From positions 435 through 58,698 of the forward strand of contig MFLV01000009.1 in NCBI GenBank assembly GCA_001781435.1: a stretch of 58,264 bases of DNA, read 5' to 3'. Positions 1 to 7,131 of the stretch are shown in pieces. The translations under genes were made by a program, and so were the position numbers. Position 1 is the stretch's first letter, and the number at the start of each line of letters is the position of its first letter. Source of the DNA: Candidatus Kaiserbacteria bacterium RIFCSPLOWO2_01_FULL_51_21. GTDB lineage: Bacteria; Patescibacteriota; Minisyncoccia; Phycocordibacterales; 2-01-FULL-51-21. The notes under the pieces were generated by a model. It saw only the letters and a list, made by a program, of their open reading frames with translations, was not told where the DNA came from and did not search any database.

Positions 1-70
1 TCCGTTTGGAAAGAACGGCGTCCTTCGGGCGCTGTCAGATACGCTTCAGACAAGCGTCACGGACGCTGAA

Positions 71-448
71 ATGAGAATTACTCTTTATCGCAGCGGTAAA
101 AGTGAACCAAAGGAATCCGAAAAAATCCGTACGGCACTTAGCGTCGTCGAGCACACATGGCAGGAAGCTCTTACCAAAGCGATAGGGGAGCTTTCTCAAA
201 GCATTACGGTTCCCCGATCCGTTTTTCTCACCGCAGATCCCGACCTGGGAGAATGGTTCCGGGTTGCAATTTTGGAATGCACAATAGGCTCCCTTGCGGT
301 CGGCGCCTTAGGATTCAACGTCGTACTGCTGACTCCTGAACACTTTAGCAATCTTATAAGCTTCTCTCCGGGAATACTATCTGACTCCTTTCTCGACATT
401 GAAGCATTGTTTGCGCACAAGAATGTCCACCGTACAGTTGTCGAGTAG
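71..448 (+). CDS. hypothetical protein, possibly 5'-truncated by the window edge
   Basis: 125-aa ORF in the track. The same frame has no stop between nt 2 and 70, so the real start may lie upstream of the window. No family recognised. Confidence 0.4.
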   Translation: MRITLYRSGKSEPKESEKIRTALSVVEHTWQEALTKAIGELSQSITVPRSVFLTADPDLGEWFRVAILECTIGSLAVGALGFNVVLLTPEHFSNLISFSPGILSDSFLDIEALFAHKNVHRTVVE

Positions 449-480
449 CCGGATATCTCGTATACTGTTGAGCAATCGCT

Positions 481-1794
481 ATGGAAGAAAAAAACACCCT
501 ACAGGACATGGTGCCAAACGACCGCCGCTCTATTCGTCGGGTTGAAATTACTCCGCTTCGGCGCCCCCGTGATGTACGGGAACCGAGTCCCGCGATGCCG
601 CCTCCACCACCACCGAGGGTTCCTTCATTTGGGACAGAAAAGAAACGGAGATTCCCTGAGAAGAATCTGACTATTTGGATACTTGCTTCGGTGGTTGTCG
701 TGGGGCTCGGTTTTGCACTTTCCATTTTTTTTACAAAAACTACCATGGTGATAACCCTGAAAGAGTCTAGCCCAATTATTGATACTACTTTTGGAGCCCA
801 CAAAACTCCGGTTGCCGGGGAGCTTCCCTTTGAGGTCATAACCCTTGATAAGAACGGCTCGCTTGCTGTTCCGGCGACAGGCGAAGAAGAGGCGAACGTA
901 CGCGCCTCAGGGCAGATCATTATTTATAATAACTATGGCTCACAGGCACAACGCCTCGTACGTAATACCCGCTTTGAGTCAAGCGATAAAAGAATTTACC
1001 GAATTGATAAATCAGTCGTGGTGCCAGGTAAAACCGCAAGCGGTCCGGGAAGCCTTGAGGTCACCGTCTACGCTGACGAACCCGGTGAAAAATACAATGC
1101 GGATTTGATGGACTTCACTGTTCCCGGTTTTAAAGGAAGCCCTCAGTATGATAAGTTTTATGCTCGGTCAAAGACTCCTATGACGGGTGGATTCGTGGGA
1201 AAGAGGCTCACCGTTGATCCCGCGGCTCTTGAGAAAGCAAGGGAAACGATCCGTACTACGATAAAGGATGATCTTACTGCTTCTGCGGTAGCGCAAATAC
1301 CCGAGGATTTTGGATTGTTTGAAGGAGCTCTTTTTTTCGATTTTATCTCGCTTCCTCAAACTGATGCCGGTGGTACAGTTCAAATTCAAGAAAAAGGAGT
1401 TCTTCATGGGCTCTTATTTTCCAAAAGTGAGCTCGCTCGCGTCATTGCCGCAGCTTCTTCGGCCGCACCAGCAGAAGGGGTGCCTCTTTTCCTTGGTGAA
1501 GGCAGCTCGCTGACGTTCACCGTGGGTGCAGCAGACACCTATGCGCCATGGGAAAAAGAAAGCTTTTCTTTTACCTTGAAGGGCACCGCCAGGCTTGTCG
1601 CCAGCTTCAATGAGAACGCTCTGAAACAAGATCTCGCTGGAAAAACAAAATCAGCGCTTCCGACAGTACTCGCCGGCTATCCTGGTATCGATCATGCAGA
1701 GGTGGTTATGCGTCCCTTTTGGCGTCAGGAATTCCCAACCGATCCTCTGGACATAACTCTTTCAACGGCAGCCCAAGCCGAATTAAAGCAATAG
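481..1794 (+). CDS. hypothetical membrane-anchored protein with Pro-rich N-terminus
   Basis: 437-aa ORF with a PPPPPPRVP tract followed by one hydrophobic helix (ILASVVVVGLGFALSIFF). No family recognised. Confidence 0.6.
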   Translation: MEEKNTLQDMVPNDRRSIRRVEITPLRRPRDVREPSPAMPPPPPPRVPSFGTEKKRRFPEKNLTIWILASVVVVGLGFALSIFFTKTTMVITLKESSPIIDTTFGAHKTPVAGELPFEVITLDKNGSLAVPATGEEEANVRASGQIIIYNNYGSQAQRLVRNTRFESSDKRIYRIDKSVVVPGKTASGPGSLEVTVYADEPGEKYNADLMDFTVPGFKGSPQYDKFYARSKTPMTGGFVGKRLTVDPAALEKARETIRTTIKDDLTASAVAQIPEDFGLFEGALFFDFISLPQTDAGGTVQIQEKGVLHGLLFSKSELARVIAAASSAAPAEGVPLFLGEGSSLTFTVGAADTYAPWEKESFSFTLKGTARLVASFNENALKQDLAGKTKSALPTVLAGYPGIDHAEVVMRPFWRQEFPTDPLDITLSTAAQAELKQ

Positions 1795-1830
1795 ACTTGC
1801 GTACGTAATGCCAAAATCTACTATATGAAG

Positions 1831-1859
1831 TTGACACTTAGGAGCCCCTTTGGTAGACT
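1831..1859 (+). promoter_or_regulatory. sigma70-type promoter upstream of infA
   Basis: TTGACA (1831-1836), 17-nt spacer, TAGACT (1854-1859). The ATG lies 19 nt downstream with no Shine-Dalgarno (SD) motif. Confidence 0.5.
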
Positions 1860-1878
1860 GTAGCATCGTCCATCCGGA

Positions 1879-2097
1879 ATGGAACAAAACAAAAAACCCT
1901 TGACGAGCATAGGCGTCGTGGACGAGGCGCTTCCAAACACGTTATTTCGTGTCAGGCTAGAAGGGGAAAACGAGCAGACTTTGACCTACCTTTCAGGCCG
2001 TATGCGCATGTATCGTATTAAGGTTCTTGTCGGCGACCGAGTTGAGGTCGAACGGGATCCGTACGGAGGAAAGGGTAGGATCGTAAAAAGGCTTTAG
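1879..2097 (+). CDS. infA: translation initiation factor IF-1
   Basis: 72 aa, S1-like fold sequence (ALPNTLFRVRLEGENEQTLTYLSGRMRMYRIKVLVGDRVEVE). Confidence 0.95.
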   Translation: MEQNKKPLTSIGVVDEALPNTLFRVRLEGENEQTLTYLSGRMRMYRIKVLVGDRVEVERDPYGGKGRIVKRL

Positions 2098-2109
2098 CCA
2101 TAATACTGT

Positions 2110-2156
2110 GGGCGTAACAATCCCGGAAAACGGGAATGCGCCCTTGTTTCGTTTTG
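2110..2156 (+). terminator. intrinsic terminator after infA
   Basis: GGGCG (2110-2114) pairs with CGCCC (2139-2143), enclosing TCCCG-GAAAA-CGGGA, followed by TTGTTTCGTTTTG. Confidence 0.55.
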
Positions 2157-2194
2157 TAGAAAATAAACGAGTATAGCGAGTATTATTTTCACAA

Positions 2195-2308
2195 CCCTAG
2201 CCGTACTTTTGCAGAACAAAGATTTTGCGAAGCGCTGCGCCCATGAGGGAAGCACTACTGCGGTGCACGCACTGCGCGGGGTAGTGCAAAGGCAAAAGTA
2301 CGGCGGGG
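2195..2308 (+). other. GC-rich nested hairpin element in the infA-rpmJ spacer
   Basis: Outer arms CCCTAGCCGTACTTTTGC / GCAAAAGTACGGCGGGG; inner arms GCACTAC (2252-2258) / GTAGTGC (2281-2287). No ORF longer than 13 codons. Confidence 0.5.
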
Positions 2309-2351
2309 TCTAAGATTTCCTAGTTCACTTTTGTTCACAACGAAATCTAAG

Positions 2352-2465
2352 ATGAAAGTTAAAGCATCAGTAAAAAAAATTTGCTCCCAATGCCGCTCTT
2401 TACGGCGAAGAGGGAGGATTGTCGTTACCTGCGTTAATGCCCGCCATAAACAGCGGCAAGGATAA
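2352..2465 (+). CDS. rpmJ: 50S ribosomal protein L36
   Basis: Hand-translated 37 aa, [37 protein letters not shown]. Below the ORF-track size cutoff. Classical position between infA and rpsM. Confidence 0.93.
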   Translation: MKVKASVKKICSQCRSLRRRGRIVVTCVNARHKQRQG

Positions 2466-2508
2466 ATGACGGCCTGCGGAGCGAGCTGCGACGCAGGTGC
2501 CGGAATTT

Positions 2509-2612
2509 ATCCAGCTCTAATTCTGAACATGAATTTATATCATTACAAGACAAATAGTTATTTTTACCCTTTCCGTAGCAGGGCTGTGTCAGTATCAGAA
2601 TTAGGGCTGGAT
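2509..2612. repeat. 104-bp element with 18-bp terminal inverted repeats and an AT-rich centre
   Basis: ATCCAGCTCTAATTCTGA (2509-2526) versus TCAGAATTAGGGCTGGAT (2595-2612). 17/18 positions are complementary; the odd position is G-U compatible. Confidence 0.6.
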
Positions 2613-2655
2613 GTAAGATTTTCTAACCTCGTTCCACTCGGTAATAAAATCTAAC

Positions 2656-3036
2656 ATGAGAATCGGCGGTATCAACATTCCTGACCAGAAACATCTTGTA
2701 TTCGCTCTTACGGCGATTTATGGCATTGGCCGCTCTCGTGCAGCTGCTATTTTATTGCAAGCGAACATTGACCCCATGAAACGCGGACGCGAAATGACGC
2801 TTGAAGAGGAAAATGTTGTCCGAAAGATTATTGAAGGATTTAAAGTTGAAGGGGATCTGCGGCGTGAAGTTGCAGGAAATATCAAACGGCTCAAAGATAT
2901 CAAGTCGTACCGGGGTAGCCGCCACACAAGGCGACTACCCTTGCGCGGACAACGCACGAAGACAAACTCACGCACCGTCCGCGGCAATGTCCGGAAGACT
3001 ATGACCTCGGGTCGGCGCAAGGTCGAAAAGACTTAG
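2656..3036 (+). CDS. rpsM: 30S ribosomal protein S13
   Basis: 126 aa; MRIGGINIPDQKHLVFALTAIYGIGRSRA matches the S13 N-terminus. Confidence 0.96.
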   Translation: MRIGGINIPDQKHLVFALTAIYGIGRSRAAAILLQANIDPMKRGREMTLEEENVVRKIIEGFKVEGDLRREVAGNIKRLKDIKSYRGSRHTRRLPLRGQRTKTNSRTVRGNVRKTMTSGRRKVEKT

Positions 3037-3060
3037 AGAGTGGCAGTTGAAGCTAAAATT

Positions 3061-3489
3061 ATGGGTAAGAAACGAATCGTAAAAAAAGGAGGGGAGTCAG
3101 AAGAGGGACCGGCAAAACAATCGGGGCATCTTTCGCGGCGGGAGCTCGGGGTTGGGACGCTCCACATTCACGCGACCTACAACAATACCAAAGTGCTTTT
3201 GGCGGATACTAGGGGCAATACGGTTGCCTGGTCATCAAGCGGCTCGCTTGGTTTTAAAGGTGCAAAAAAAGGAACACCGTTTGCCGCGGCAAAAGTCGGA
3301 GAGCTTATCGGGGAGCGTGCGACACAGCTCGGCATGAAGGAAGCGAATGCGGTTGTGCGTGGGGTCGGATCCGGTCGCGAATCGGCATTGCGCGCTTTTT
3401 CATCGAAGGGAATTCAAATTACCGGTATCAAAGACACCACCCCAATTCCGTTCAACGGACCGCGCCCTCCTAAACCTAGGAGGGTCTAG
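3061..3489 (+). CDS. rpsK: 30S ribosomal protein S11
   Basis: Contains LHIHATYNNTKVLLAD...GFKGAKKGTPFAA. ATG at 3061 preferred over the track's GTG at 3040. Confidence 0.93.
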   Translation: MGKKRIVKKGGESEEGPAKQSGHLSRRELGVGTLHIHATYNNTKVLLADTRGNTVAWSSSGSLGFKGAKKGTPFAAAKVGELIGERATQLGMKEANAVVRGVGSGRESALRAFSSKGIQITGIKDTTPIPFNGPRPPKPRRV

Positions 3490-3574
3490 AATTACGAAGT
3501 ATGAATTACAAGGTACGAGTCACGCGTTCAGAGTTATTTTATTCGAAATTCTTAATTCGAAATTCTTAATTCGT
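3490..3574. repeat. heptamer-repeat locus with inverted arms
   Basis: AATTACGAAGTATGAATTACAAGGTACGAG (3490-3520) faces five tandem ATTCKWA units (3541-3574). The array abuts the rpsD ATG. Confidence 0.8.
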
Positions 3575-4183
3575 ATGTTGGTTGGTCCAAAATACAAAAT
3601 TTGCAAACGTTTGGGAAATGGGGTTTTTGAAAAATGCCAAACTCAGAAATTTGCACTCTCCGAAGGGCGACGAGGTAAAAAACAAGGCTCGCGCCGCGGC
3701 GCGTCCGATTACGGGCGACAGCTTCTCGAAATGCAGCGGGTTCGCTTTACCTACGGTATGCCGGAGCGACAACTGTACCGGTATGTTAAAGAATCCCGTG
3801 CAGGGAAAACCGGGGATCCGACAGGACCGCTTTTTGCCAACTTAGAGCTTCGGTTGGATAATGCGGTATACCGGCTTGGATTTGCATCGACTCGCCGGCT
3901 TGCCCGTCAGCTTGTCGCCCATGGGCATATTACGGTGAACAGGGAGCGTGCTACCATTCCCTCGAGGATTCTTTCTGTGGGTGATGAAATCGGCGTCCGG
4001 GAAGGAAGTAAGCGGAGCATCTATATGCAGAATCTTTTGGAGGAGCTTCCTAACCGAACCGTGCCATCCTGGCTCACTCGTGATACGAGTGCGCTTACGG
4101 CAAAGATTGTAGCACTCCCAACCCGGGACAGCGCTGAGTCGCTCGCAAATCTTTCTGCGGTCATCGAATTTTATAGCCGTTAA
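3575..4183 (+). CDS. rpsD: 30S ribosomal protein S4
   Basis: MLVGPKYKICKRLG start and the S4 domain LELRLDNAVYRLGFASTRRLARQLVAHGHITVN. The track ORF 3347-4183 is a read-through extension. Confidence 0.94.
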   Translation: MLVGPKYKICKRLGNGVFEKCQTQKFALSEGRRGKKQGSRRGASDYGRQLLEMQRVRFTYGMPERQLYRYVKESRAGKTGDPTGPLFANLELRLDNAVYRLGFASTRRLARQLVAHGHITVNRERATIPSRILSVGDEIGVREGSKRSIYMQNLLEELPNRTVPSWLTRDTSALTAKIVALPTRDSAESLANLSAVIEFYSR

Positions 4184-4209
4184 TTCCTTATTTATTTAAT
4201 GCACACCCC

Positions 4210-5163
4210 ATGTCTGAATACCAAGTAACGCTTCCTTCGAAACCACGCGTCGTCTCCGAAGAGGAGTTTGCCGGCGCATATGAAATTGACGGCCTCTATC
4301 CTGGGTACGGCCACACCCTTGGCAATTCTCTCCGGCGTATTATTCTTTCTTCCCTTCCGGGGGCGGCGATAACCTCAATCAAAATCGACGGCGCTTCGCA
4401 TGAGTTCTCAACACTCCCCGGTGTGAAGGAGGATGTGGTAACCATACTTCTTAACCTTAAAAAAGTTCGTCTTCAGATGCTTACTGACACTCCCCAGGAA
4501 CTCTCTCTTTCGATAAAGGGTTCGAAAAAAGTGACCGCAGCAGATATTGAGGTGCCGGGTCAGGTGAATGTCTTGAATCCAAATCAACCAATCGCGGAGG
4601 TAACTGAGAAAAGCGGCAAACTCAATGTGATAATGACGGTGGAAAGAGGTCTCGGGTTTGTACCGAAAGAGGCGCTCCAGAAAGAAAAAGTTGAAATCGG
4701 CGTGATTGCTCTTGATGCAATTTTTACGCCCATTCGCCGGGTCAATTACGAAGTGGAAAATATGCGTGTCGGCGACCGGACCGATTTCAACCGCCTGAAA
4801 ATATTCATAGAGACTGACGGGACAATCCTCCCGCGGGAAGCGCTTGAGAAGTCAATCGAGGTTATGATTAACCAGCTCAAGTCAATTGTAGGCTTTAAAG
4901 AGGAAGAAATGCCGCTTGCTCCCGAATCTTCTGCTCCGCCAGAGCGGCCGAAAGCGGTGGATGCCGAGTTTTTGAAAACACGCATTGAATCACTTGACCT
5001 TTCCTCGCGCATTCAAGGAGCGCTCAGCGGCGCAAATATTCGGACGATTGGCGGTCTTGCTCGCAAAAGCGAAGATGACCTCCTTGAAATTGAGGGCCTG
5101 GGACAAAAGGCGGTGCAGGAGATAAAGCGCGCGCTTTCCGAGCACGGCATTACTTTGAAATAG
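4210..5163 (+). CDS. rpoA: DNA-directed RNA polymerase subunit alpha
   Basis: 317 aa with LGNSLRRIILSSLPGAAITSIKIDG and a C-terminal helix-hairpin-helix domain. Confidence 0.96.
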   Translation: MSEYQVTLPSKPRVVSEEEFAGAYEIDGLYPGYGHTLGNSLRRIILSSLPGAAITSIKIDGASHEFSTLPGVKEDVVTILLNLKKVRLQMLTDTPQELSLSIKGSKKVTAADIEVPGQVNVLNPNQPIAEVTEKSGKLNVIMTVERGLGFVPKEALQKEKVEIGVIALDAIFTPIRRVNYEVENMRVGDRTDFNRLKIFIETDGTILPREALEKSIEVMINQLKSIVGFKEEEMPLAPESSAPPERPKAVDAEFLKTRIESLDLSSRIQGALSGANIRTIGGLARKSEDDLLEIEGLGQKAVQEIKRALSEHGITLK

Positions 5164-5259
5164 TTTATAGTTTTAAATGAATCGTGAATAGGATATTTCA
5201 GCACACTCCTCGCAACCTCCCCCCACTAATCACTATCCCCTACTCACTGATCACTACCC

Positions 5260-5616
5260 ATGAAGCACCATAAAAAAATGCGGAAGTTCGGAAGGGAGCG
5301 CAGCGGGCGTCGTGCGCTTCTGCGCTCACTCCTGCGCGCCCTTATCATCCATGACGCAATTCAAACCACTGAAGCGCGGGCGAAAGAACTGCGACCGCTT
5401 ATTGAGCACCTGGTGACAAGAAGCAAAACTGACTCGCCGGCGAGTCGCCGGCTCGTCACGGCGCGTCTCGGTGGTGCTCCACGAGAGACGAAAAAATTAT
5501 TTGAGACAATCGCGCCTAAATTCAAAAATCGCGCTGGCGGATACACCCGTATTATAAAAATACACCGTCCCTCGAGCGACGCGAGAGAGGCAGCACAGAT
5601 TTCATTTGTTGAATAA
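5260..5616 (+). CDS. rplQ: 50S ribosomal protein L17
   Basis: 118 aa; RKFGRERSGRRALLRSLLRALIIHDAIQTTEARAKELRP. Confidence 0.94.
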   Translation: MKHHKKMRKFGRERSGRRALLRSLLRALIIHDAIQTTEARAKELRPLIEHLVTRSKTDSPASRRLVTARLGGAPRETKKLFETIAPKFKNRAGGYTRIIKIHRPSSDAREAAQISFVE

Positions 5617-5617
5617 C

Positions 5618-5965
5618 ATGCGCTTGTACACCATTAATGCGCAAGGGAGGTCCCTTGGACGAGTTGCCTCGGAGGCCGCACGGGTACTCCGCGGGAAAGA
5701 CACACCCCTATACCGGCGAGACCGGATTCCGGAAGTTATGGTGCGCATAGAAAACGCGGGTAAACTTCGCATTGACCCCCGTAAACTCCGCGGAAAAACC
5801 TATAGCCGATATTCTGGTTATCCCGGGGGGCTCCGATTCGAGACGCTTGAATCCCTTCAATCACGCCGCGGAGCTCCTGAGGTTCTGCGTCGTGCAGTCT
5901 TTGGGATGCTCCCAAAAAATAATAGTCGTGCCAAACTGATGAAGCAGCTCACGATAACTCTTTAA
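5618..5965 (+). CDS. rplM: 50S ribosomal protein L13
   Basis: MRLYTINAQGRSLGRVASEAARVLRGK. ATG at 5618, 2 nt after the rplQ stop, preferred over the track start at 5606. Confidence 0.9.
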   Translation: MRLYTINAQGRSLGRVASEAARVLRGKDTPLYRRDRIPEVMVRIENAGKLRIDPRKLRGKTYSRYSGYPGGLRFETLESLQSRRGAPEVLRRAVFGMLPKNNSRAKLMKQLTITL

Positions 5966-5967
5966 CT

Positions 5968-6369
5968 ATGCCTGAAAACATCCGATATATTGAAACGGTA
6001 GGACGCCGAAAAACCGCAACCGCGCGTGTCAGGCTCACGAAAAGCTCGCGAACAACCGTAACGGTGAACAACAAAGAACTTTCTGCCTACTTTCCGACCG
6101 AAGAGATGTGCCGCACCGCTCTTGAACCGCTTCAGAGGGAGCCGGGAGCGGATCACTTTTCAATTACCGCACTGGTGCGCGGCGGCGGGACGGTTGCCCA
6201 ATCGGAGGCACTCCGGCACGGTATTGCGCGCGCCCTTATCCGACACGACATCTCACTTCGACATAATCTCAAAAAGGCTGGTTTTCTAAAACGGGATCCG
6301 CGCGTTAAAGAGCGACGTAAATTTGGTTTGAAGAAAGCAAGGAAAGCTCCTCAATGGGCGAAGCGATAG
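5968..6369 (+). CDS. rpsI: 30S ribosomal protein S9
   Basis: 133 aa with GRRKTATARVRL and a C-terminal KKARKAPQWAKR. Confidence 0.95.
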   Translation: MPENIRYIETVGRRKTATARVRLTKSSRTTVTVNNKELSAYFPTEEMCRTALEPLQREPGADHFSITALVRGGGTVAQSEALRHGIARALIRHDISLRHNLKKAGFLKRDPRVKERRKFGLKKARKAPQWAKR

Positions 6370-6529
6370 CTTCGACTGTTGAGGAGCGGAAGGGGGTCGG
6401 GGAAACACTGCTGTTTCCACGCGCCGGTGGCGCGTGGAGCAGCCGATGTCGAGCAGAGCGAGACAGGCTGCAGGTGGACAGATGAATCTCAAACTTGCGA
6501 CTTAGCGTGAAAACAATTACCGACATGTA

Positions 6530-6557
6530 TTGACTCCCCCATTTTTTTGAGTAAAAT
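6530..6557 (+). promoter_or_regulatory. sigma70-type promoter of grpE-dnaK-dnaJ, leaderless-type spacing
   Basis: TTGACT (6530-6535), 16-nt spacer, TAAAAT (6552-6557). Only 9 nt remain before the grpE ATG at 6567. Confidence 0.6.
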
Positions 6558-6566
6558 GTATCCCAC

Positions 6567-7103
6567 ATGAGTGATTCCGAAGAGGAATTCATCCCGGAAG
6601 AGGAGGAAGAAAATCCTTCTTTAGCCGTCAAGAAACTCCGGGAGCGGCTGAAGAAATGCATTGAGGAGAAGCAAGAATATCTCGACGGCTGGCAGCGGAC
6701 AAAAGCGGATTTTGTGAATGCCCGCCGTGAAGAGGAGAAACGCCTAGCGGAGCTTTTGAAATTCGCCGAAGTGGCTCTGATTATGGACATTCTTCCGGTA
6801 CTCGACAGTTTTGACATGGCAATGAGTGATAAAGCGGCATGGGAGAGCGTTTCCAAAGAATGGCGCTCTGGCATGGAATCTATCGCCGCTCAGCTTGAAG
6901 GGGTGCTTAAAGAACATGGTGTTGGTCTCTTCAGCCCGCTTGGGGAGTCCTTTTCGCCGGTGGAACACGAAGCGATCGATACAATTGAAACGAGCGAGGA
7001 GGACAAGGACCATAAGGTTGCCGAAGTATTCCAGCGCGGTTATCGGTTGCAGGGGAAAGTGATTCGTCCGGCAAAGGTCAAAATTTTCAAATCTGTTTCT
7101 TAA
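6567..7103 (+). CDS. grpE: nucleotide exchange factor GrpE
   Basis: 178 aa: acidic N-terminus, a coiled-coil region, then a GrpE C-terminal beta domain. Sits immediately upstream of dnaK. Confidence 0.9.
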   Translation: MSDSEEEFIPEEEEENPSLAVKKLRERLKKCIEEKQEYLDGWQRTKADFVNARREEEKRLAELLKFAEVALIMDILPVLDSFDMAMSDKAAWESVSKEWRSGMESIAAQLEGVLKEHGVGLFSPLGESFSPVEHEAIDTIETSEEDKDHKVAEVFQRGYRLQGKVIRPAKVKIFKSVS

Positions 7104-7121
7104 TTCGTACTTCGTAATTCA
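7101..7121. repeat. heptamer-repeat locus (three units)
   Basis: TAATTCGTACTTCGTAATTC starts in the grpE stop codon and ends 10 nt before the dnaK ATG. Confidence 0.7.
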
Positions 7122-7131
7122 ATTTAAACAT

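Noticed and set aside
5164-5259. A C-rich, ATCACTA-repeating low-complexity stretch between rpoA and rplQ.
   Set aside because: It has only two short direct repeats and no pairing potential. I could not separate it from ordinary pyrimidine-rich spacer.
6370-6566. A CIRCE/HrcA operator upstream of grpE-dnaK-dnaJ.
   Set aside because: No TTAGCACTC-N9-GAGTGCTAA-like inverted repeat is present. TTAGCGTGA at 6511-6519 has no partner, and no hrcA gene is adjacent.
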